From Chiloscyllium plagiosum (Eukaryota): a stretch of 32,211 nucleotides of DNA. Shown here in pieces: positions 11,347-22,000 of this stretch. How positions within the stretch are numbered: the first letter of the stretch is position 1; each line of letters starts with the position of its first letter. Where the stretch lies: contig NC_057719.1 of NCBI RefSeq assembly GCF_004010195.1, positions 15,422,107 through 15,454,317 on the forward strand, read 5' to 3'. Position numbers and translations under genes: made by a program. The notes beneath the pieces were generated by a model, which made no database searches, was not told where the DNA came from, and saw only the letters and a program-made list of their open reading frames with translations.

Positions 11347-14300
11347 GTTCGATGGACCACATGGCAGAGGAATGCAAAAATTTGAAGGACCAGGAGCAAA
11401 GGGAAGTTTTCATTCACGTTTTGATTTAAGGTGCTCTCGATTTCAAGGCCACCAATTTGAAGTATCCCAGACAAGATTCGAAGGACAGGCTTCAGGCCAG
11501 CATGTTGAGGGTGAGACTGCAAACCAGCACACTGAGAATAAGCCTGCAGTTCCAGTTGTTGAGAGTGAACTTGTAAGTCAGTTTGTCAAGGATTCAGCTA
11601 TGGGTCAGCAAGTTGATGATGAAGTCCCGAGTCACCACCATGAAGCTGAGGCTTTGAGTCTGGTTCCCAGTCTTGAAAAGCAGCCTCCTGGTAATCGTTT
11701 TGAAAAGCAGCCTCCAGGCAATCGTTTTGAAAAGCAGCCTCCTGGCAGTTGCATTGAGAAACAGAGTTCTGGTACTCCCATTGAAAATAAGGCTCCCAAT
11801 AATCGATTTGAGAAACTCGATCCTGGTGATCTTACTGAGAAAGAGGGTCAAGAGAAGGAGGGCCTGAGCAGTCGCATTGAGAAGCAGTGCCCTGGTACTG
11901 GCCCTGAGAAGGAGGGTCCCGGCAATCGCCCTGAGAAGGAGGGTCCCAGCAGCCATCTTGAGAAGGGGAATCCCAGCAGCCACCTTGAGAAGGGGGTGGA
12001 CAGTCAAGTTGAGAAGGAAGGCCTGGGTCCAGGTGGTCATGTCAAAACGCAGGACCTGGCAACTTGTGTTGAGAAACAAGATAGTCGCTTTGAGGAGCAG
12101 ATGCCTGGTATTCGCCTAGATGAACAGGGTTCAGATAATTCCCTTACGAAGCAGAGTCCCAGTAATTGCTGTGAGGTGCAGAGCCATAGCAACAGTAATC
12201 ACACTGAAAACCAGGATGCAGATAGCTGCTTCGAGAAGCAGGTTACTGGTATTGGTGTTGAGCCACAAGGATCAGTTAATCGTTTTGATAAACCGAGTCC
12301 AAGTAATCGCATTGAGGCCCAGGATGGTCTCATTGACTCGCAAGACCTCAGCAATCGTTTTGTGAGCCAGGGACGAGCAAATCAAAATGAAGATCAGATT
12401 CTTGAAGGCCTGGACAGCAATCGCACTGATGGCCCAGGGAGCAATCGTTCTGATGGCCCGGGCAGCAATCGCTGTGATGGCCCTGGGAGCAATCGCTTTG
12501 ACGGCCGGGGGAGCAATCGCTTTGACGGCCCGGGGAGTAAGCGCTTTGACGGCCCAGGCAGCAATCGCTTTGACGGCCCGGGGAGTAAGCGCTTTGACGG
12601 CCCGGGGAGCAATCGCTTTGACGGCCCGGGGAGCAATCGCTTTGCCGGCCCGGGGAACAATCGCTTTGACGGCCCGGGGAGCAATCGCTTTGACGGCCCG
12701 GGGAGCAATCGCTTTGACGGCCCGGGGAGCAATCGCTTTGACGGCCCGGGGAGCAATCGCTTTGACGACCCGGGGAACAATCGCTTTGACGGCCCGGGGA
12801 ACAATCGCTTTGACGGCCCGGGGAACAATCGCTTTGACGACCCGGGGAACAGTCGCTTTGACGGCCCGGGGAGCAATCGTTTTGACGGCCCGGGGAGCAA
12901 TCGCTTTGACGGCCCGGGGAGCAATCGCTTTGACGGCCCGGGGAGCAATCGCTTTGCCGGCCCGGGGAACAATCGCTTTGACGGCCCGGGGAGCAATCGC
13001 TTTGACGGCCCGGGGAGCAATCGCTTTGACGGCCCGGGGAGCAATCGCTTTGACGGCCCGGGGAGCAATCGCTTTGACGGCCCGGGGAGCAATCGCTTTG
13101 ACGGCCCGGGGAGCAATCGCTTTGACGGCCCGGGGAGCAACCGCTTTGACGGCCAGGGGAGCAACCGCTTTGACGGCCAGGGGAGCAACCGCTTTGACGG
13201 CCAGGGGAGCAATCGCTTTGACGGCCCGGGGAGCAAACGCTTTGATGGCCAAGGGAGCAGTCGCTTTGATAGTGCAGGGCACAGGGGTCACTTTGAGGGC
13301 CCAGGCCCAGGAGGTTGTTTTGACGGTCCAGGCCCCGAGGGTCACTTTGAGGGGCCTAGACCTGGGGTGCCCTTTGATGGTCCAGGATCCAGGGGCCGCT
13401 TTGAGGGGCCTGGGCTGGGGAATCGCTTTGAGAGCCAGGGATCCAGGAATCACTTTGAGGGTCAGGGTCCCGAGAGATACTTTGAGGGCCAGGGACCTGG
13501 GAATCGCTTTGGGGGCCAGGGTCCCAGGGATCGGTTTGGGGGGCAGGGACCGGGAGGCTGCTTTGAAGGCCAGGGCCCTGGGGGTCGCTTTGGGAGCCAG
13601 GGTCCCGGAGATCACTTTGGGGGCCAGGGTCCCGGAGATCGCTTTGGGGGCCAGGGACCCGGAGATCGCTTTGGGGGCCAGGGACCAGGAGGCTGCTTTG
13701 AGGGTCAGGACCCTGGGGGTCACTTTGAGGGCCATGGTCCTGGAGGCCAGTTTGAGGGCCCAGGCCGTGGGGGTCGTTTTGAGGGCCCAGGCCGCGGGGG
13801 TCGTTTTGAGGGCCCAGGTCGCGGGGGCCGCTTTGACAGCCCTGGCCGCGGGGGTCGCTTTGAGGGCCAGGGAGCATTCAAGGGTCGCTTTGATGGCCAG
13901 GGGGCCTCTGGGGGTCGCTTTGACAGTCATGGGGGCCCTGGAGATCATTTTGAGGGTCAGGGACCTGGAGGCAATTTTGAGGGTCAGGGCCCAGTTGATG
14001 CTTTTGAAGGCCAGGGACCTGGGGGTCGTTTTGAGGGCCAGAGCCGGGGAGGTCGCTTTGATGGCCAGGGCCGGGGAGGTCGCTTTGATGGCCAGGGCCG
14101 AGGGGGTCATATTGAGGGCCGGGGCCGCGGGGGTCGCTTTGAGGGCCAGGGCCGAGGGGGTCGTTATGAAGGCCCTGGCCGGGGAGGTCGCTTTGATGGC
14201 CAGGGCCGGGGGGGTCGCTTTGATGGCCAAGGCCGGGGAGGTCGCTTTGAGGGTCAGGGCCGGGGAGGTCATTTTGAGGGCAGGGGTTCAAGTGTTCATT

Positions 14301-16149
14301 TTGAAGGCCAAGGTCCTGGAGGGCATTTTGAGGGGCCAAGTCAGGGAAGACACTTTGAAGAACAGGGTCAAATGACCCGTTTTGAAGGCCAGGAACGTGG
14401 CGGTCGCTTTGATAACCTGCATCCAACGGCTCATTTTGAAGAGCACTCAGCTAGTCATGGGCAACATGTTGATGGTTATAAAACAACATCGCATTTTGAC
14501 AGCCAGGGACAGTCTTTTGAAGGTCCTGGTGCTTCTGAGTGGTTTGAGCATTCAGGTCAAGGGCAGCACATTGAAAGCCAGGGACAAGGGCAACGTCTTG
14601 AAGCCTCTGGTGCAAAGTTTCATAGTTCACGGTTTGACAGCCCAAAGGGACCAAGATTAACTGGGCCCCGTGGGCATTTCCCCACTGGACCATGTGTATC
14701 TGGTTCAAGACCCAAAGGCCTTCAAGTCAGAACTGAACAAATGGGACAAAGTTTAAAAGGGCCCCAGTCTTCTCATCCATCATTAGAACAAGGTGAGGAT
14801 CAAACAAAACGAGCTGGAGTCCAGGAGCAAGAGACAGTAGCTGTATGCAAAGATGTAAAACAAAATGCTGATAAAGTATCACCAGCTTCAGTGGAACATA
14901 AAGATGAAAAAAATCTTTCCCATACACCATTGGCTGCTACAAGTCATAAAAATTCAGATTCATCTGGAACTAAAGATTTGACACAAAGTGTTGATTCATC
15001 TAAATCACATGAAATTCAGAAGAAAGCAGACAATTCTGAGTTAGCAACTTCTTCAGTTATTGTCACTCAGGACCAAAAAGATCCAGTTGTGCAAAATGTA
15101 CCTAAAACACTGCCTTCCAATTCATCAGCTGCCGCAAAGGCTGTATCTGAGAAATCAGAGCCCAAAAATGTAGATACCAACAAAAGGTTTGAATCTGTAC
15201 CATTGCATCCAAATAATGATCGAGCAAAAGGCCTAGAGCATCGGCAACACATTGGCAAAGATTATTCCTCTATCCGTAAAAATGATGTTGACAGTAATAA
15301 AGATGTTCCAGAAATAAGACCATTGCTACATCACAGGATAGACATTCAGGGACATTGGCATCAGGAGGAAGGTAGATCTTTGGATGATCATTTCTCTGGA
15401 CCAAGGGGAGGTCCAGCTTTTGAAAGAGAGAGAACTCTATCTTGGGAAAGGGGAAATTGGACTGACACTGGCTCAGATTTTTGGGATGAAAGAGATCCAT
15501 TTAGAAGAGAGGAGTGCTCACTTCTTCGGCGACCACCTCTGCCTCATGAAATTTTAGACAGAAGGGAAATTCGAGCTCCACATCAAATTGAAGGGTTTGA
15601 CAGAGGCTTTGACAGAGAATTTGACAGGAGTGGAAGGTCACGTGAACATGGTTTTAACAGAGACAATGAACATGATAGAGAATACTTCCACAGACGAGAA
15701 GAATGGGACCTTCGTGGTTCTGGAAGGGACTTTTCTCCTTTACACCCACGGCCAGATAGATGGAGAGAGGAGCAGTGGAGGGATGAAAAGGAACGGAGCT
15801 ACCATCATGACCAAGAACGGGAAATGTGGGGTCAGGACTATGCAGAGAGGCCAGACTGGAGAAGGGATGAACGTGATTTTCCTCCAGAAAGGCTTGGATG
15901 GCAGAGAGAACAGATGGATGAAAGAAGATATCCAGACACAGACAACAGGCGGTTACCTTTTGACAGTTTGCGTGAGATGCCATCACAGACTGGTCCTGTT
16001 CGTGCACCTGTTCTACCTGAACAGCCACCAGTGCCTTTCTCTGAAAAACCTATGGTAGACCAAACACCCGGCGGACAAAATATTGTTGCATTGTCAGAAA
16101 GAGAACATGAAATCATCTTAAAAGCAGCGCAAGAATTAAAATTATTACG
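11347..16149 (+). CDS. ylpm1: YLPM1 giant internal exon C (RFDGP... repeats ... LSEREHEIILKAAQELKLLR)
   Basis: Acceptor ctccAG at 11345-11346; the split codon AG+G gives Arg then FDGP, as in human PRGPRFDGP. Donor CG|GTAAGT after 16149; 4,803 nt, phase 2-2. Ends in the conserved HEIILKAAQELK motif. Confidence 0.95.
11675..12400 (+). repeat. Degenerate coding ~27-bp (9-aa) repeat, EKQPPGNRF / EKEGPSSHL type
   Basis: EKQPPGNRF x2, EKQPPGSCI, EKEGPGNRP, EKEGPSSHL, EKGNPSSHL and further decayed units are visible in the translation. Confidence 0.75.
12407..13270 (+). repeat. Coding 24-bp minisatellite, 36 units of ggcccggggagcaatcgctttgac (GPGSNRFD)
   Basis: 864 nt = 36x24, counted in both DNA and protein. 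Core units are near-identical; edge units are degenerate. Confidence 0.97.
13271..14440 (+). repeat. Coding 27-bp repeat, 43 units of GQG(P/R)GGRF(E/D) (40 nonamers and 3 decamers; 14 RGG)
   Basis: 1,170 nt = 40x27 + 3x30; units run from SAGHRGHFE to NLHPTAHFE. Confidence 0.92.
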
Positions 16150-16650
16150 GTAAGTGACTTATTTTTGTATCGCCAATAGATTTCTCGAGAATATTGTTAT
16201 ATAATGTCGTCAGGTAATAGAAACCTTTGAGAAAAGGTCATGCTCTTAGCCCGTTCCCCATCACAACTGAGACAATGTAGTTCCGAGCCACTATGGTTTT
16301 AATCCATTTTAATACTCCTGAGTGAATGAGTGAGGGAAGAAGAAAGCTCTTGTTAGTAAATGTGCAGATGTGAAGATCTATTAATATACTCCATGTTTGC
16401 TGTTATTGTAATTAATTAGCCTCGTGATGTTTACTGTACTTCCTATGCTTACACATTGAGAGAATACTTGATAACTAATTTGGTAACCACATTCCAGCAA
16501 AAATAGCATCTTGAGAAGACAGAAAATCTTGGGTGGGGAACATACATTGGTTAAGAGAATTACTTAACAAACAAGTAATCAAGTTCTCATCTTGTCTTCT
16601 ACCAAATCAATTTTTGAGCTGTTTTCTGTAATTTCATAAATTCACCTAAA

Positions 16651-18250
16651 GTCATAGAGGTATACAGATTGCAAACGCACCCTTCAGTCCAACTCGTCCA
16701 TGCCAACCAGATATCCAAAATTAATCTAGTCCCATTTGCCATTACTTGGCCCATATCCCTCTTAATCCTTCCTATTCATATACCAATTCAGGTGCCTTTT
16801 ATGTGTTGTCATTGTACCAGCCTCCACCAATTCCTCTGGCAGCTCTTTCCATAAGCATACCACCCTCTGCATGAAAAAGTTGCCCCTTAGGTCTCTTTTA
16901 TATCTTTCCCCTCTCACCTTAAACCTCTGCCCCCTAGTTCTGGACTCACGCACCCCAGCGAAAATACTTTGTCTATTTACTCTATCCATGCCCCTCATGA
17001 TTTTATAAACTCTATAAGGTCACCCTTCAGCCTAGGATGCTCCAGGAAAAACAGCCCCAGTCTATCTAGTCTCTCCCTATAGGTGAAATCCTCCAACCCT
17101 GGCAAAATCCTTGTAAATCGATTCAAGTTTCACAACATTCGTCCGATAGGAAGGAGACCAGAATTGCACACAGTATTTTAAAATTGGCCAAATCAATGTC
17201 CTGTACAGCCTCGACATGACCTCCCAACTGGTATACTCAATGCACTGACCAATAATGGAAAGCATACCACATGCCACCTTCACTATCCTATCTACCTGCA
17301 ACTCCACTTACGAGGAACTCTGAACTTGCACTCCAAGGTCTCTTTGTTCAGCAATACTCCCTAGGACCTTACCATTAAGTGTATAAGTCCTGCTCTGACT
17401 TGTCTTTCCAAAATGCAGCACCTCACATTTATCTAAATTAAACTCCGTCTGCCATTCCTCGGCTCATTGGCCCATTGAATCAAGATCCCATTGTACTCTG
17501 AGGTTACCTCCTTCGCTGTCCACTCATCTGCAAACTTACGAACTATACCGCCTATGTTCACATCCAAATAATTTATAAATGACAATGAATCCAGCACTAA
17601 TCCTTGTGGCACACCACTGGTAATAGACCTCCAGTCTGAAAAGCAACCCTCCACCACCATCTTTTGTCTTCTACCTTCGAGCCAGTTCTGTATCCAAATG
17701 GATAGTTCTCCCTGTATTCCGTGAGATCGAACCTTGCTAGCCAGTCTCCCATGGTGAACCTCGTGGAACGCCTTACGTCTTCAAGATCACACACCACTCT
17801 GCCCTGATCAATCATCTTCATTACACCTTCAAAAAACTCAATCATGATCAAACCATCTTCAAAAAACTCAGTTAGTGAGACATGATTTCCGCCCCACAAA
17901 GCCTTGTTGACTATCCCTAAACAGTCCTTGCCTTTCCAAATACATGTAAATCCTGTCCCTCAGGATTCCTTCCAACAGTTTGCCATCACCAATAATATGC
18001 TCACTGGTCTATAGTTTCTTGGCTTTTCCTTACTACCTTTCTTAAATAGTGGCACCACGTTAGCCAACGTCCAGTTTTCGGGCACCTCACCTGTGGCTAT
18101 CGATGGTACACAAAACTCAGCAAAGGGCCCAGCAATCATTTCCCTAGTTTCCCATACATTTCTGGGGAACACCTGATGTGTCCTGTGGATGTATCCATCT
18201 TTGTGTTTTAAGGCATCCAGCCCCACCACCTCTGTAATTTTTCAAGATGT
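16651..18250 (-). mobile_element. CR1 LINE, 5'-truncated (RT to 3' UTR)
   Basis: ORFs give ANVVPLFKKGSKEKPRNYRPVS, ITSGVPQGLVL, LKYCVQFWSP and DLRGNFFMQRVV. The 3' tail is of the same family as that at 5381. Confidence 0.92.
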
Positions 18251-18781
18251 GGAGCAATATCAAATATTGTTTTCAAGTTGAAGTTAATTATTTAAATTGT
18301 TTATTTTGTTCATTATTTTAGTCGTTCCCCCAAATAATTTCCCTTTGTAGTTTAGGGTTTGTTTCAACACAAACTAGTACAAGGAAAATCTGATACTTTG
18401 AGTAATCAAAATAAATTTTTAAAAGATGTTTTATGATGCAAGACACTAAACTTTATTTACTTAGAGCTTTTTATCAAGTGCAACATTAGCATTGTTCTTT
18501 TGTTACTGGAGTAGAAGCCTGTACTGATGATCTGGGGATATTTGAATGGCTCCAGTGGTTGGAAAATTTTAACTGAATGAATTAAATAATGTACATAAAG
18601 CTAGTATCAGCAATATGACCACACAATTACCTGATGAATATAAAATGTGACTGATTCATGAATGTCTTTTCGAAAAAGAAATCTGTTGTTAGGCATGGCT
18701 CATATGTGACTCCAGCTCCATATCAATTTTGTTGACTCTAAACTGTCTTTGAAAATGGTCCAACAAGCCACGAAGTTATAT

Positions 18782-18970
18782 CAGGAGAATCGACGTTTCG
18801 GGCATAAGCCCTTCTTCAGGAAGAAGGGCTTATGAAGGGCTTCTGAAGAAGGGCTTATGCCCGAAACGTCGATTTTCCTGTTCCCTGGATGCTTCCTGAC
18901 CTGCTGCGCTGTTCCAGCAACACATTTTCAGCTCTGATCTCCAGCATCTGCAGACCTCACTTTCTCCATT
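18782..18970 (+). mobile_element. Penelope-like terminal-repeat fragment with 5' inversion and minimal hammerhead motif
   Basis: 40-bp inverted repeat (18782-18821 / 18841-18880) and direct repeat aagttatatca at 18773-18783 and 18971-18981. Core is CTGAAGA-A-GGGCttatGCCC-GAAACGTC. Confidence 0.82.
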
Positions 18971-19223
18971 AAGTTATATCAAGCTACTTTGAAAAGTTAT
19001 TTAAGATGATAAAACTGGACAGGTCACCTAACATTATCCTAAGTGTCAGACAAACAGCACCCATCTTCAGTTAATCCTACAAAGCTCCCCTCATAACATG
19101 TTGGAATTTGTGCCAACATTGGCAGATGAGTCCAGCAGCAACCTGATGAAGATTCTAAGAGTTTGACTTTCAGCTATCTTTTAGACCCTAACATTATCAT
19201 TTCCTGGAATGTGCTATCCCAAT

Positions 19224-19387
19224 GTTAGGTGAATTGGCCATGTTAAATTGCCCGTAGTGTTAGGTGGATTAGTCAGGGGTAAATGTAGGGGAGTGGGTCG
19301 GGGTGGGTTACTCTTCGGAGGGTCAGTGTGGACTTGTTGGGCCGAAGGGCCTGGTTCCACACTGTAGGGAATCTAATCTAATCTAAT
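19224..19387 (+). mobile_element. HE1-like V-SINE 3' half, sense orientation
   Basis: Reverse-complement match to 10940-11115; ends ccacactgtaggg followed by (aatct)n. Confidence 0.85.
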
Positions 19388-21082
19388 GGCAGGTGGCTGC
19401 TGAGGATTATGCTCTTGAGAGGGAGTGACCCTGGGAGTCCTCAACATAGACGTCATGCAGTACAGAGTCAATGGCAGCAGTCCAACTTTGAGAAAGGAAA
19501 TGTCTTATTCGTTATCACCAACTGCACTCCCCATTAAGTGCAGAGTCAGTATAGTCCTCTACTCCAAATCATTTAGTAGAACCACTGAAGGTGGCAAGAG
19601 CACTGAATATGCTCTAAGTGTAGGCGTCAATGCCCAACCCCAAGAATAAGCTCTTTAGCTTTACTACTGGCCAAGATGGCCTAATCATGAAAGGTATAGT
19701 TGCCAGACTTACCCTGCGGCAATGGCTTATAGAATAAATAATTACAAGGGGAAAGGTTTACTTGACCCCAGTCTTGCTGATCTGTCACAGATATTATTAT
19801 TTCAATGCTAGTAGAAGTGACCACTTCAAGTTTCTTGTGATATGTAATATCTCACCGTTTTAGTCTAAAACTACCACTACACAACATGAAGTACGTTCAG
19901 AATAGGCCTAGCAGTTCGATGCGGTGCTATGAGGTCATGAGAATTGTGCACCTCCAGAATCTAACCTCATTCCCAGGCAAGACCGTCATTCTGCCATTAC
20001 CATGGCTCCCAAAGATGGTCCCTAGTTATTCAGATATGTTAGCATACCAGCAACAATACAATACTTACGAAAAGATGAGGTGTCATCCTGGTGGAACTGA
20101 CAACATACGACCATGTGTAAACAAGTAATGAATGCTAAGCAAGCCCATTATCAGATTGAAGATCTCCATTCATGTTGCATCCAGTTATGACTGGTGATGG
20201 TGGACAATTAAATAACTGACAGGAGGAAAAGGCTCTATAAATGCTCACATCTCAATAATGGCAGAGTCTAGTCCATAACTCAGAAATGCTGAGTAGATGA
20301 TCCAGTTCTGCCTGCTCCAAAGGTAATCAGGATCACTCATGCCCACCTTCAGCTGATTCACTTCACTTGTGATAGTGAGAAATGATTGAATACATTAAGC
20401 ACAGGAAAGCCATTTGATCCTAACAGCATCCTGCCACAATATTCCAATGCCTACCCATGGTTCTTTACCCTAATTAAACTGTACATTATGGGTACAACAT
20501 TGGCATCTCTCTGACAAAGTGAAAAATATTGGTTTAGGCCTTGCCAACAAAAAGCAGAACATATTCATTCTGGTTGATTACCACCACACCGATCAGTAGT
20601 CCATCTCAAAGTGAGCAACATGATGGCTGTTGTCATCAAAAGTATTTTAAATGACAATTATTCACCAGCAATTTATGTACTGCTACTCAGTTTACCTTCT
20701 GACTGGACCACTTAGCTCCAATCCACAGGTGTAAACATGAACAAAATCACTAAATTCTAGAGGTAGCATCAAGATTGCATATGACTAAATGTGGCAAATT
20801 TGAAGTCAGTGGCAATTGGAGGGATGGCTATCTAGCACATAGGAAAATGTAGTTATTTGAGGCCAATCATCTCAGTTACAGGGTGCTTTTCCAGATAGTC
20901 TCTGAGTAGTATCACAGGCCCAGTCACCTTCAACTGCTTCATAAATGTTCATCCTTCCATCATACGGTTAGATGTTGAGATTGTTTAACACAGTTCAGTT
21001 GAATTCCCAGCGCCTCAGATATTGGAGCAGGCATGCATAAGTACAGCAACATCCAGTTTTGGGCTAATGAATGGCAAATCAA

Positions 21083-21630
21083 ATTGAATTGAATTAGTAT
21101 TATTGTCACAGGTACTAAAATGTGTACAGTGAAAAGTTTATAAGTTGCCACTCACAATGTCATCTTAGGTACAAAGGTACTGAGGTGCAATCCTTAATTA
21201 CAGAACAAAAAAATGAAAACAAAAGTTACATTACAGCTATGCACACAAATAACTAAAGGCCAGAAAAATAAGAAGCAAAGTTAAAAAGACAAATATCACT
21301 GTCTCTCTCCAAAGGCTGTCCGCAGCAGATTAACTTGGGGGCCACCACGACCGTACTAGGCCACTGGCCATTGGTCACTGGTGTCCCCATTTCGGGTTTC
21401 TGCTGCCATGCTCCATTGCCGCTGCTCCTGCATCAGGCCACTGATGCCACCCTCTGCACTAGGCTGCTGATCATTTGTGACCCCACTTCGGGTTGCTGTT
21501 GTCCCTTCTTGGAGTCCTGGTTGCTTCAGATGCTGGGGTCTTCACCAACCCTGTTTCAGAGGCCAAGGCTGGGTATCTGAAGCCAAGAGAAGGGAGGAAA
21601 GTACTCTGCTACCACCTTACCTGAAGTTCA
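21083..21630 (-). mobile_element. Unclassified non-autonomous retroelement (~550 bp)
   Basis: Interrupts the LINE RT after WANEWQ. Minus-strand tail is gtgacaataatact(aattc)n, the body is GC-rich, and there is a possible aaatcaa duplication (21076-21082 / 21633-21639). Confidence 0.5.
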
Positions 21631-21790
21631 ATAAATCAATCAATCACTAACTCCAGCTGAAGAGAGTCTAACTACATCCCCTTGACATTTAACATCATTG
21701 CAGTTATTGAGTTAAAGGGGAAATTCCTTGGTATCCACTGTTGTACAAAAAGTTACCTAGAGCAGGCACACACCAACGACGTAATGGATT

Positions 21791-22000
21791 GCACCATATT
21801 GAATTGACAGATTCAGACAGATTTAAAAGATCTTGGTCAACAAGGTAGATTTTGAGGAATGCTTTCAGGAAAGGCAGAGTAATTTAGCATGTTAATTCTA
21901 AACACTCACACGCAGGTAGCTGAAAGTGTAGCTACCAGTAATGGAGCTATAGAAATAAGGATAAGCAGAGGATAGCATTATAGGAACACAGAGGCCTGAG
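21791..22000. repeat. Local duplicate of 23043-23060 joined to 24036-24225
   Basis: An exact 18-mer gcaccatattgaattgac is followed by about 190 bp of colinear direct repeat beginning attcagacag. Confidence 0.85.

Noticed and set aside
12407..13270. CRISPR-like regular array
   Set aside because: Units are head-to-tail with no unique spacers, there are no cas genes, and the array lies in-frame in a vertebrate exon.
12272..14426. Long overlapping ORFs in other frames and on the minus strand (666, 662, 280, 182, 173 aa)
   Set aside because: They are shadows of a GC-rich repeat whose unit lacks stops in several frames; there is no homology or splice support.
17827..17870. Short direct duplication (cttcaaaaaactca) within a CR1
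   Set aside because: Ordinary post-insertion slippage in a dead element.
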